A DNA stretch of 35,784 nt from Candidatus Zixiibacteriota bacterium (lineage in GTDB: Bacteria; RBG-13-66-14; B26-G2; WVWN01), in the NCBI GenBank assembly GCA_050117845.1, contig JASFLY010000026.1:1-35784 (forward strand), read 5' to 3'. The position numbers and the translations under genes were made by a program. Under the pieces are notes generated by a model. The model did no database searches, was not told the DNA's origin, and saw only the letters and a program-made list of their open reading frames with translations. Shown piece by piece: positions 1 through 8,643 of the stretch (within the stretch, counting starts at the first letter, position 1; each line of letters starts with the position of its first letter).

Positions 1-12
1 GCGGGTTAGGCA

Positions 13-251
13 CCGGCCGCTGAAGCGGCCGGCCTATTCCTTTGAAGCGGGTGCCGTCAGGTGTTACAATTTAGATTCACCGGCAGGAATGCCGGTGGCA
101 CTCTATAAACTATTATAATTAAGAACCGGCGGCCTTTATGGCCGCCGGCGCCGTATTCGCCGACAGGAATGTCGGCCCCACCCGATTTGCTTCACCGACA
201 AGAATGTCGGTGGCACACAAAAAAAAGGAACGGCGGGCTTTAAGCCCGCCG
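13..251. repeat. Cluster of six short GC-rich palindromes, REP/BIME-like
   Basis: Hairpins at 13-32, 78-97, 126-148, 159-176, 193-212 and 231-251. Three share the core CCG(A/G)CA-(A/G)GAA-TG(T/C)CGG followed by GCAC or CCCAC. 76-101 and 191-216 are near-identical 26-bp copies. Confidence 0.7.
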
Positions 252-308
252 CTTCATAGAACGAAACTTAAACGCCGGTGCCGCGCCCCCCTTCGTGATA
301 TTTTTCCC

Positions 309-337
309 TTGACGGCCTTCGGGGGGTATATTAGTTT
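309..337 (+). promoter_or_regulatory. Putative sigma70 promoter of the buk-ior-ptb operon
   Basis: TTGACG (309-314), 17-bp spacer, TAGTTT (332-337), upstream of buk. Confidence 0.45.
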
Positions 338-446
338 TTCTTCCTTCGTTTTTTCAAAATTCCACCCCCGGCGACTGCCCTAGCCCCCGGCGTAACGGGT
401 AACGTGAAGCTTGCGACGGGCCGCGCCCCAACACTCGAGCCGAGCT

Positions 447-1514
447 ATGAACGACGAAGCGATTCTGGTTATCAACCCCGGCTCCACCAGCACCAAACTC
501 GCCCTCTTCCGGGGCCCCGGTTCCGTTGCCGAGGAGACGGCCCCCGCGCCCGCCGGCGCCGGGGCATTGTGGGACCAGTTCCCCGGCAGGCTGGAGACGG
601 TGAAAACCTTCCTGGGCCGCAACGGCGACATCCACCTCGACGCCGTCGTGGGCCGGGGGGGCCTTATTAGGCCCGTACCCTCGGGGACGATTCTCGTAAA
701 CGAGGCGCTCATAGAGGACGCCCGCGCCGGTTACCAGGGCGAACACCCCAGCAACCTGGGGTGCGCGCTGGCGGACGCTATCGCGAAGGACCGGGGCATC
801 CCGGCCTATATCGTCGACCCCGTGGCCGTGGACGAGATGTCGCCGCTGGCTCGCTACTCGGGCCACCCGCTGCTCTCGCGGCAGTGCCTCTCCCACGCGC
901 TCAACATCCACGCCGCGGCCCGCAAAGCCTGCGAGAAAGTGGGCAAGCCGCTCGCCGACACCCGCTGGGTGGTCGTGCACCTGGGCGGCGGCTTCTCGGT
1001 GGTGCCGCTCGACGGCGGCCATATCGTCGACACCAACAACGCCAACTCCGAGGGGCCCTTCGCCCCCACGCGGGCGGGCGGCCTCCCCACCCAGGGCGTC
1101 ATCAAGCTCTGCTTCTCCGGGGAGTACGACCGGGCCGACCTCAAGCGGATGACGACGCGCGAGGGGGGCCTTGTGGCCTACCTCGGGACGGACGACGCGC
1201 TGGAAGTGGAACGGCGCATCTTGGAGGGGGACGACTCCGCCCGCGAGGTATACGAGGCCATGGCCTATCAGGTGGCCAAGGAGATAGGCGCGATGGCGGC
1301 GGTGCTGGAAGGCCGGCTTGACGGCGTCGTGCTGACGGGCGGCCTGGCCCACTCCGACGTCTTCTGCTCCTGGATTACGGACCGGGTATCCTTTTTGGGG
1401 CCGGTGCTGAAGTACCCGGGGGCGTTCGAGATGGAGGCCCTCGCGCTGGGCGCGCTGCGCGTTCTACGCGGCGAGGAAGAGGCCCTCCCCTACCCCCCGC
1501 CGGAAACGAAATAA
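447..1514 (+). CDS. buk: Butyrate (branched-chain carboxylate) kinase
   Basis: N-terminal ILVINPGSTSTKLALF, plus GRGGL, HPSNLG, IVDP, HALN, HLGGGFSV, GPFAPTRAG, LTGGLA and YPGAFEMEALA motifs of the acetate/butyrate kinase family. ATG at 447 chosen over the ORF-track start at 411. Confidence 0.93.
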   Translation: MNDEAILVINPGSTSTKLALFRGPGSVAEETAPAPAGAGALWDQFPGRLETVKTFLGRNGDIHLDAVVGRGGLIRPVPSGTILVNEALIEDARAGYQGEHPSNLGCALADAIAKDRGIPAYIVDPVAVDEMSPLARYSGHPLLSRQCLSHALNIHAAARKACEKVGKPLADTRWVVVHLGGGFSVVPLDGGHIVDTNNANSEGPFAPTRAGGLPTQGVIKLCFSGEYDRADLKRMTTREGGLVAYLGTDDALEVERRILEGDDSAREVYEAMAYQVAKEIGAMAAVLEGRLDGVVLTGGLAHSDVFCSWITDRVSFLGPVLKYPGAFEMEALALGALRVLRGEEEALPYPPPETK

Positions 1515-1553
1515 AGCCACAACAGCGGAGCTCTTTTCGAACGGAGATCTTTT

Positions 1554-3308
1554 ATGAAAACTTTGATGTTGGGAAACGAAGCGGTAGCCCGCGGCGCGTT
1601 CGAGGGCGGCTGCGGCTTCGGCTCCGGCTATCCCGGGACGCCGAGTACCGAGATAATCGAATACCTGGCGCCCTACGAGAACGTACGCGTGCAGTGGGGG
1701 CCCAACGAGAAGGTGGGCCTGGAGGTCGCGGTAGGCGCCTCGATGGCGGGCGTCCGGTCCATCGCCACCATGAAGCACGTGGGCCTGAACGTCGCCGCCG
1801 ACCCCTTCTTCTCGGTCAGCTACATGGCCGTCAACGGCGGCCTGGTCGTGGTCTCCGCGGACGAGCCGGCCATGCACTCCAGCCAGAACGAACAGGACAA
1901 TCGGCGGCTGGCCAAGGCCGCGAAGTGCCTAATGGTCGAGCCGGCCGACGCCGAGGAGAGCCGCTGGATGATGCGCGAGGCGCTCGCGCTCTCCGAGGAA
2001 TTCGACTCCGCCATTCTCTTCCGCATGACGACGCGGGTCTGCCACCAGACGGGCGTCGTCAATCTAGAGGACCCGGTAACGCCGCCCCCGGCGGAATATA
2101 AAAAAGACATAATGAAGTTCATACTCCTGCCGGCCCACGCCCGCTTGCGCCGGCACGAGGTGGAGAAGCGGCTGGAGGCCGCCGCGGCCTTCGGCAACGA
2201 GAGCGACCACTGGAATCCAATATACGAGGGTTCGGGCGACCTCGGCGTCATCACCTCCGGCGTCTCCTTCGGCTACGTGCGGGAGACGGCCCCCGACGCC
2301 AGCATCCTCAAACTGGGCCTCACGAACCCGCTGCCCATGGACCGCATCAAGAAATTCGCGGCCTCGGTCAAGAGATTAATCATAGTGGAAGAGCTCGACC
2401 CCGTCCTCGAGGAGCAGATTAAGGCCGAGGGCATCGAGGCCGAGGGCCAATCGCTCCGTCCCTACTTCGGCGAACTCAACCTCCCGCTGGTGGAGGAGAT
2501 GCTCGCCGGCGGGGCCAGAAACAAGGTCACGGTCTCGCTCGAGGGCATAGACATCCCCAAGCGGCCGCCGACGCTCTGCCCCGGTTGCGGCCACAGGCCG
2601 GTGTTCAAGGTCCTGCGGGACATGCGGCTCCACGTCATGGGCGACATCGGCTGCTACACGCTGGGCGCGCTTAAGCCCCTGAGCGCGATGGAGACGTGCC
2701 TGTGCATGGGCGGCTCCATCGGCATGTCGGAGGGCCTCGACCTCTTCGGCGGCGAGGGCGTTTCCGGCAAGGTCGTCGGCGTCATCGGCGACTCCACTTT
2801 CTTCCACTCCGGCATCACGGGCCTGCTCGACATGGTGGTCAACGGCAGCAAGGCCACCATTCTCATTCTGGACAACGGCACGACGGCCATGACCGGCGCC
2901 CAGCCCCACCCCGGCACCGGCGTGGATATCCGCGGCGGCGAAGCGCCCCAGATAGACCCGGCGGAGGTTTGCCGCGGCATCGGCGTCAAGCGCGTCGTCG
3001 TCGTCGACCCCTACGACATGGAGAACCTCGAGAAGGTGCTCACCGAGGAACTGGAGGCGCCGGAACTCTCGGTGGTCGTGGTGCGGGCGCCGTGCGTGCT
3101 CAACGAGCGCGTCACGTTCGCCGACCCGGTACAGCTCGACCGGGAGCGCTGCAACCAGTGCGGCCTGTGCATCCGCGTGGGCTGCATGGCGATTCGCGAG
3201 AAGGACGGCTACCCCGAAATCCTGGCCGACCTGTGCAACGGCTGCGGCGTGTGCGCGCAGGTCTGCCCCGAAGGGGCCCTAACCATACCGGAAAAAGTCA
3301 GCTCGTAG
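1554..3308 (+). CDS. iorA: Indolepyruvate:ferredoxin oxidoreductase alpha subunit
   Basis: LMLGNEAVARGA, YPGTPSTEI, NEKVGLE, MKHVGLNVAAD, HSSQNEQDNR, RPPTLCPGCGHR, GDIGCY, TPP-binding GDSTFFHSG...LDN, and two C-terminal CxxCxxC ferredoxin motifs. Confidence 0.93.
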   Translation: MKTLMLGNEAVARGAFEGGCGFGSGYPGTPSTEIIEYLAPYENVRVQWGPNEKVGLEVAVGASMAGVRSIATMKHVGLNVAADPFFSVSYMAVNGGLVVVSADEPAMHSSQNEQDNRRLAKAAKCLMVEPADAEESRWMMREALALSEEFDSAILFRMTTRVCHQTGVVNLEDPVTPPPAEYKKDIMKFILLPAHARLRRHEVEKRLEAAAAFGNESDHWNPIYEGSGDLGVITSGVSFGYVRETAPDASILKLGLTNPLPMDRIKKFAASVKRLIIVEELDPVLEEQIKAEGIEAEGQSLRPYFGELNLPLVEEMLAGGARNKVTVSLEGIDIPKRPPTLCPGCGHRPVFKVLRDMRLHVMGDIGCYTLGALKPLSAMETCLCMGGSIGMSEGLDLFGGEGVSGKVVGVIGDSTFFHSGITGLLDMVVNGSKATILILDNGTTAMTGAQPHPGTGVDIRGGEAPQIDPAEVCRGIGVKRVVVVDPYDMENLEKVLTEELEAPELSVVVVRAPCVLNERVTFADPVQLDRERCNQCGLCIRVGCMAIREKDGYPEILADLCNGCGVCAQVCPEGALTIPEKVSS

Positions 3309-3318
3309 CGAGGGATAT

Positions 3319-3918
3319 ATGAAATACGATGACATCACGAACGTAATGTTGAGCGGCGTCGGCGGCCAGGGGATCCTGACGGCCGGGCGCCTCCTCGCGT
3401 TCGCCGCGCTGCACCACGGCCTCGACGTCAAGATGAGCGAGGTGCACGGCATGTCCCAGCGCGGCGGCAACGTCGATACCCACGTGCGCTTCGGCCCCGA
3501 GGTCCCCTCGTCCCTTATCCCGAAGGGCGGAGCCCACTTCCTCGTCTCCTTCGAGAAGCTGGAGGCGCTGCGCTACCTCGACTACCTCCGGCCCGACGGC
3601 GTGGCCATCGTCAACCGCCTCGAGATATCGCCGTTGACGATAGCGCTCAAGAAGCCGAACTACGTCGACGACATAGACGCGGTGCTCGAGGCCAAGGCGC
3701 CCAACCTCGTCTGGGTGGACGGTACCGAACTCGCCCGGGAGATGGGCGACCTCCGCATGGTGAACGTTATCCTGCTCGGCGCGCTGGCCTCCCGGCTCGG
3801 CGTGCTGGAGGACGCCGATTGGGAAACGGCCATAAAGGAACGTTTCGCCAAGCCCAAGGTCCAGGAGGCCGTCATGGCCGCGTTTCACAAAGGAGTCGAC
3901 TTATGCCCGACGTCCTAA
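3319..3918 (+). CDS. iorB: Indolepyruvate:ferredoxin oxidoreductase beta subunit
   Basis: GVGGQG, SEVHGMSQRGG, EKLEALR and NVILLGA motifs; directly follows iorA. Confidence 0.92.
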   Translation: MKYDDITNVMLSGVGGQGILTAGRLLAFAALHHGLDVKMSEVHGMSQRGGNVDTHVRFGPEVPSSLIPKGGAHFLVSFEKLEALRYLDYLRPDGVAIVNRLEISPLTIALKKPNYVDDIDAVLEAKAPNLVWVDGTELAREMGDLRMVNVILLGALASRLGVLEDADWETAIKERFAKPKVQEAVMAAFHKGVDLCPTS

Positions 3919-4823
3919 AGGATTTCGACCAGGTCGCCGCGGCGGCGGCGGGGCGCGGCGAGGTGGCGGTCGCGGTCGCGATGGGCCACGACCCGGCGGC
4001 CCTGGAGGCGTGCGCGCTGGCCGAGGAAGCGGGCCTGGCCCGGGCCATACTCGTCGGCGACCCGAGCCTCATCGAGAAAGCGCTCGCGGATATGCCCCGG
4101 CCGCTGGCCAGGGCCGAGATAGTGGAGGCCGTGGGCGAGGAGGCCGCGGCGGCCGTGGCGGTGGAACTCGTCCGGAACGGCGACGCCCATATGGCCCTCA
4201 AGGGGAAGCTTCCGACGGCGACCTTCATGAAGGCCGTGCTCGACGGCGAGCGGGGCCTTCGGACCGACCGCCTCGTCTCCGACGAGTTCCTCTTCGAGTA
4301 TCCGGACCCGGAGGCGGGGATGCGGCTCGTGTGCATCACCGACGGCGGCATCAACATCGCGCCCGACCTCGAACAGAAGAAACAGATTATCGAGAACGCG
4401 GTCGAGCTGTACCACGCCCTCGGCTTCGAGAGGCCGCGGGTGTCGCTGCTCTCCATGGTGGAAAAGCCGGTCAAGGGCCACCAGCCAAGCGAGGACGCGG
4501 TGGCGCTGACGGAGATGAACAAGAACGGCGAGATAACGGGCTGCGTGGTCGAGGGGCCGCTAAGCCTGGACCTCAGCATCTCGATGACGGCGGTGCGCAA
4601 GAAGGGCTACGAGTCCGAGGTGGCGGGCCGGGCCGACATCATGGTGGTCCCGGAGATAGTATCGGGAAACCTCCTGGCCAAGGGCACGACCTACTTCGCG
4701 CATTACCGGCTGGCCCACGCCATGATGGGGACGTCGAGGCCGGTCCTCATCCCCAGCAGGTCGGACAAGCCGGAGGCCAAGTTCCACTCGCTGGCGCTGT
4801 GCTCGCTGACGTGCCGGCGATGA
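3903..4823 (+). CDS. ptb: Phosphate butyryltransferase / phosphate acyltransferase
   Basis: AILVGD, LKG, TDGGINIAPDLEQK, EGPLSLD, VAGRADIMVVP, GNLLAK and PSRSD motifs of the PTA/PTB family; in an operon with buk. ATG at 3903. Confidence 0.88.
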   Translation: MPDVLKDFDQVAAAAAGRGEVAVAVAMGHDPAALEACALAEEAGLARAILVGDPSLIEKALADMPRPLARAEIVEAVGEEAAAAVAVELVRNGDAHMALKGKLPTATFMKAVLDGERGLRTDRLVSDEFLFEYPDPEAGMRLVCITDGGINIAPDLEQKKQIIENAVELYHALGFERPRVSLLSMVEKPVKGHQPSEDAVALTEMNKNGEITGCVVEGPLSLDLSISMTAVRKKGYESEVAGRADIMVVPEIVSGNLLAKGTTYFAHYRLAHAMMGTSRPVLIPSRSDKPEAKFHSLALCSLTCRR

Positions 4824-4832
4824 CTCAATTTG

Positions 4833-5050
4833 AACCGGAAAAGACACCCCCGGCCCTATGCCGGGGGTTTTTCTTATCGGCAACATTTTCCTAAATCATG
4901 TGACGGCCTACGGCCGGCGCCGTACGCGCCGAGGCCCGGACGCCCCGTTCCGCGCGCTAATAAAGCCGACGCCGGCGTATATTCAACCGAAAAAGACACC
5001 CCCGGCCCATGCCGGGGGTTTTTCTTATCGGCAACATTTTCCTAAATCAT
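4833..5050. repeat. A-B-A repeat block, left copy (A = ~66 bp with terminator-like hairpin; B = 85 bp)
   Basis: A at 4833-4899 and 4985-5050 contains ACCCCCGGC-loop-GCCGGGGGT-TTTT and ends CAACATTTTCCTAAATCAT. B spans 4900-4984. Confidence 0.9.
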
Positions 5051-5069
5051 TAAAAACGTACGAGGGCGC

Positions 5070-5900
5070 TTACCGGTAGATCGCTTTTATCTTCCCTACA
5101 CTCGCGGGGACGACGTTCGTGGCGCCGCGGGCGTCGATGTCGGTCTGATACACAGTAAAAACGTCGGTGTCCCAATCGTAAGATAATCCCCACAACGAGG
5201 CGCCGTAGCTGGACGGCGCCGCGTCGCCACAAACCGCACTACCCCAATTATGGAAGGATTTCAGCCAGGTCGCAACCACCGAACCTGTATCCATATCGAA
5301 AATATAGTTATAATCCACATTGGAGTCAGTCGTAACTATCAAATATCGGCCGGAAGCGTTGTTAGCTCTGCGAGAGAAAGCGGCTCTATAGCAAACCATG
5401 CCCGCCGGCCAACCGGACGGGAGCCACGTTCTCACGAAGGAACCAGCGGGCGTATACAGACAAAACGCGTCGTAGTCATCCGAATAAACGTAGTAGTATT
5501 GCCCGTCCCATGAAACGCTATTCCCTTCGATAAACCCGATAGGCTCTATCATCGTCGCCGTCCGCGTATTAATGGGTGAGAGTCCTTCGTCGCTTAATGT
5601 TACGAAGTAAGACTCTCCTAAATGGCAATGGCCGGTATCGTAAAAACCCCCGTAACGAGGTCCGTACGGTTTAAGCTCTTCCCCTTTAACGGGTTCTCCG
5701 GAAGGCGTAAACGTTCCAAAATAGGTTGCGAGAGAATGCTTAGTTATTTGATATACGTAAGTGGAGTCGCGGTAAATAACGTAATTATCGATCATCGGCG
5801 CAGGTCCGCCCGCGTGAAAAGAGCTTATTATCGACCCCACCGTCGCGCCGGCCTGGCCCGCCAGCGCGGCCAGTAAAAATACTACGATTATCCTCTTCAT
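5070..5900 (-). CDS. Secreted hypothetical protein (probable beta-propeller) with C-terminal PASVGKIKAIYR motif
   Basis: Signal peptide MKRIIVVFLLAALAGQAGA and RBS GGGAGGA. Visibly more AT-rich than its neighbours. Contains a GSIISSF motif also present in 19649..20401. Confidence 0.75.
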   Translation of the reverse strand: MKRIIVVFLLAALAGQAGATVGSIISSFHAGGPAPMIDNYVIYRDSTYVYQITKHSLATYFGTFTPSGEPVKGEELKPYGPRYGGFYDTGHCHLGESYFVTLSDEGLSPINTRTATMIEPIGFIEGNSVSWDGQYYYVYSDDYDAFCLYTPAGSFVRTWLPSGWPAGMVCYRAAFSRRANNASGRYLIVTTDSNVDYNYIFDMDTGSVVATWLKSFHNWGSAVCGDAAPSSYGASLWGLSYDWDTDVFTVYQTDIDARGATNVVPASVGKIKAIYR

Positions 5901-5979
5901 CGTCCGTTCCTCCCGCGTTTCGATTGACCGTTTCTACATTAAATTATAGCGGGACAAACCGACCGGGGCAAATATAAAT

Positions 5980-6187
5980 GACACGCCTGGCCCATGCCGG
6001 GGGTTTTTCCATTCGGGAACATTTTCCGAAATCATATGGCGGCCTACGGCCGGCGCCGTACGTGCCGAGGCCCGGACGCCCCGTTCCGCGCGCTAATAAA
6101 GCCGACGCCGGCGTATATTCAACCGAAAAAGACGCCCCCGGCCCATGCCGGGGGTTTTTCCCGTCCCGCAACATTTTCCGAAATCAT
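5980..6187. repeat. A-B-A repeat block, right copy, same orientation as 4833-5050
   Basis: A at ~5980-6035 and 6121-6187. B at 6036-6120 differs from the left B at only 3 of 85 positions. Confidence 0.9.
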
Positions 6188-6222
6188 GACGACTACCGGA
6201 GGCCGGCCTCGTTTACGAACCT

Positions 6223-6675
6223 TTAGGTACTATCCTCCCCCTCGTCCACGTCGACGTAGATATAATCCACGTCCTCGGCGATCTCCTCGCCGGGAACTAT
6301 TTCGCACGGGTCGTCGGGCCGGTCGCGAAAGACGTCCGCCGGCGGCTGGCCCAGCGCCACGGCCAGGCCGATCAAAGCGCCGCCCATCGCGGAGCGCAGT
6401 TGCCGGAGGAAGCGCGCCAGGAAGGAGGGCGACTCGTCCGCCGCAGGGCCTTCGGCCTCGGGAATGTCGGCCCCGGTCCGGTCGGGCATGGCGTCGTAGG
6501 CCGCGGGGGCGACGTCGGCCACCTTCGCCTTGTCGCGCTCGCTCGGCGGCCCGACGCCCAACGGGACCGTCGAGGCCATGAGGAGCGCGGCCACGGCCAC
6601 GAGCCAGGTCGTCAGCCGGCCTGTCCAGCTTCCTCGGGGGCGTTCCGGGGCTCTATTCCTAAAAATACGACTCAT
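6223..6675 (-). CDS. Hypothetical membrane/secreted protein with an acidic C-terminus
   Basis: 150-aa ORF co-oriented downstream of the ABC permease, with two hydrophobic segments. No recognised family. Confidence 0.5.
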   Translation of the reverse strand: MSRIFRNRAPERPRGSWTGRLTTWLVAVAALLMASTVPLGVGPPSERDKAKVADVAPAAYDAMPDRTGADIPEAEGPAADESPSFLARFLRQLRSAMGGALIGLAVALGQPPADVFRDRPDDPCEIVPGEEIAEDVDYIYVDVDEGEDST

Positions 6676-6708
6676 CGTTGGGTATGGTAAGCGGGGGGGC
6701 GGGGGGGG

Positions 6709-7524
6709 TTACACGTCCCGGCGGGCGTAGAGGGCCCAGGCCGCGACGCCGAAGACCACCACGTAGACGCCGGCCGTCGCGAGCGTCATCCAGCCGTCGA
6801 AACCCCACCAGTTCAGCTTCAACAGCTCCGCCGCGCGAACCTGGACGCCCGCCACCGGCGGCACCGCGGCGAAGTATATCTCGCTCCCCCATCGCACGTA
6901 CCAGGGGAAGTCCATTCCGACCTTGCGGTAGCCCTCCGTCATGAAGTCCCGCAGATCGCTCGACGCCGCGGGCATGCTCAGCGCGTACAGGATTATCCCC
7001 ATCAGGCCGGCGACGATGCGCGGCACGAACAGACTAAGGAAAACGACGAACACGGCCACGAGCGCGAACGAGAGAGTCGATACCGCCAGGCCGAGCCACA
7101 ACGTAGCCGGGAATGTATGCGTCTTGATGAGAGACAGCGCCGAGGCGATCAGGCCCAGGCCCGCCACGGTCGCGAGGACCGTAAGGAATACCCCCAGCAG
7201 TTGGCCGAAGAGCACCTCGCCCCGCCGGACCGGCTTGGCCAAAAGGAAGGCGGCCCGGCCGTCCTCAAGGGGCCTCGCGGCCGCGCTCATCGCGAGCATC
7301 ACGGCGTAGAGCACGCCCCAGCCCACGGCCATATAGAACGCGACGTCCCGGGCGAGGTCTAGCTGCTGTTCGCCGGCGACGGCGTTACCGCCGGCGTAGA
7401 GCTGGGAGCCGAAGAGGCAGCCGGAGATGATGACGAACAACGCCGCCACCACCACGAGCACGATTATCATCCGGGAGGCGAACGCCCGCCGGAAATACTC
7501 GGCCGCTACTGTCCAGGCCGTCAC
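6709..7524 (-). CDS. ABC-2 type transporter permease
   Basis: About 6 TM segments and an EDG...FLLAKPVRRGEVLFGQLLG motif. The GTG start at 7524 overlaps the TGA stop of the ATPase gene (GTGA). Confidence 0.85.
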   Translation of the reverse strand: MTAWTVAAEYFRRAFASRMIIVLVVVAALFVIISGCLFGSQLYAGGNAVAGEQQLDLARDVAFYMAVGWGVLYAVMLAMSAAARPLEDGRAAFLLAKPVRRGEVLFGQLLGVFLTVLATVAGLGLIASALSLIKTHTFPATLWLGLAVSTLSFALVAVFVVFLSLFVPRIVAGLMGIILYALSMPAASSDLRDFMTEGYRKVGMDFPWYVRWGSEIYFAAVPPVAGVQVRAAELLKLNWWGFDGWMTLATAGVYVVVFGVAAWALYARRDV

Positions 7525-8441
7525 GACGCTTCCCCTTCCTCGCCGCCCACGACCGAGACGAAGAGGTCTTCCAGGCTCTGCCGCCGCGTCGAGAGCGAGG
7601 TAACGGCGCACCCCGCCGCGGCCACGGCCTGCGAGACGTCCCGGGCCTCTTTGCCCGGGAGCAGCGTCAACGTGAAGCGGTTGCCGGCGGCCTCCACGGC
7701 GCTCGCGATTTTATCGAGAGCCTCGCGCAGGCCGGCGGTCGCCTCGTCGACCTCGACCTCGACGACGTTGGTGGGCCGGAGGAGTTCGGCCAGGTCGCCC
7801 TCGGCCACGAGCCGCCCTTTCTCTATGATTACCACCCGGGAACACTGGGCCTCTATCTCGGCCAGTATGTGGGAGCTGATTACGGCGGTCTTACCCCGGC
7901 CGGCGTAATCACGCACCAGGTCCTTGACCAGCCGGTGGCCCAACGGGTCGAGGCCGGCCGTGGGCTCGTCGAGGAGCAGAAGATCCGGGTCGCCCAACAG
8001 CGCCTGCGCCAGGCCCACGCGCTGGAGCATCCCCTTGGAGAAGCCGCCCATGGACCGGCCGGCGGCGTCGCCGAGTTCCACCCGGGAAAGCAGCTCGTCC
8101 GCCCGTCGGGAGGCCGTGGCGCCGTCCAGCCCCGAGAGGCGGCCGGCGAAACGGAGGTAGCGGCGCGGCGTCATATACGGATAGCGTACCGGGAACTCCG
8201 GGAGGTAGCCTATGCGGCGCCGCAGCTCCGGTTGCCGCCAGTCCTCGCCGAAGAGGCGTATCTCGCCGTCGCTCGGTTTCACCAGGTCGAGGGCGGATTT
8301 GATGGTCGTCGTCTTTCCGGCGCCGTTGCGGCCCAGGAAACCGAAGACCTCGCCCTCGCCCACGGCGAAGGACAGGCCGTCAACGGCGGTGATGCCGCCG
8401 AAGCGCTTGGTCAATTCGGATACTTCGAAAACGTTGGCCAT
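7521..8441 (-). CDS. ABC transporter ATP-binding protein
   Basis: Walker A GRNGAGKTT, signature FSKGMLQR, Walker B LLLLDEPTAGLDP, H-loop SSH. Confidence 0.95.
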   Translation of the reverse strand: MANVFEVSELTKRFGGITAVDGLSFAVGEGEVFGFLGRNGAGKTTTIKSALDLVKPSDGEIRLFGEDWRQPELRRRIGYLPEFPVRYPYMTPRRYLRFAGRLSGLDGATASRRADELLSRVELGDAAGRSMGGFSKGMLQRVGLAQALLGDPDLLLLDEPTAGLDPLGHRLVKDLVRDYAGRGKTAVISSHILAEIEAQCSRVVIIEKGRLVAEGDLAELLRPTNVVEVEVDEATAGLREALDKIASAVEAAGNRFTLTLLPGKEARDVSQAVAAAGCAVTSLSTRRQSLEDLFVSVVGGEEGEAS

Positions 8442-8520
8442 TTAAGCTACCCGTCGGCGCGGATTGTACTATTATTCGGTTAAAAAGTAAACAGTCGTTT
8501 AAATAAATGCCCAAGTTGTC

Positions 8521-8549
8521 TTGACCGAACGCCGGGTTTGCGTTATTAT
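8521..8549 (+). promoter_or_regulatory. Putative sigma70 promoter of the TPR gene
   Basis: TTGACC (8521-8526), 17-bp spacer, TATTAT (8544-8549). Confidence 0.55.
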
Positions 8550-8643
8550 TAATGTGTGGTGGGGTGGTCCTCGATCCTCTTTTAAGAGGCCCTCCACCCA
8601 TTTTTATTTAACACCGACTAAACTCGCGCCATAGGAGTACGCG

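Noticed and set aside
4833..6187. A repeats as integron attC sites or a CRISPR array
   Set aside because: A GTTRRRY (GTTGAAT, minus strand) occurs at only two A/B junctions with no matching RYYYAAC. The spacers are 85 bp and duplicated, or ~930 bp. No intI or cas genes are present.
4830..6226. Small ORFs 4830..5045, 4858..5079, 5944..6174 and 5978..6226 with repeated peptides
   Set aside because: They are translations of the non-coding hairpin repeats, with no RBS or protein-like features.
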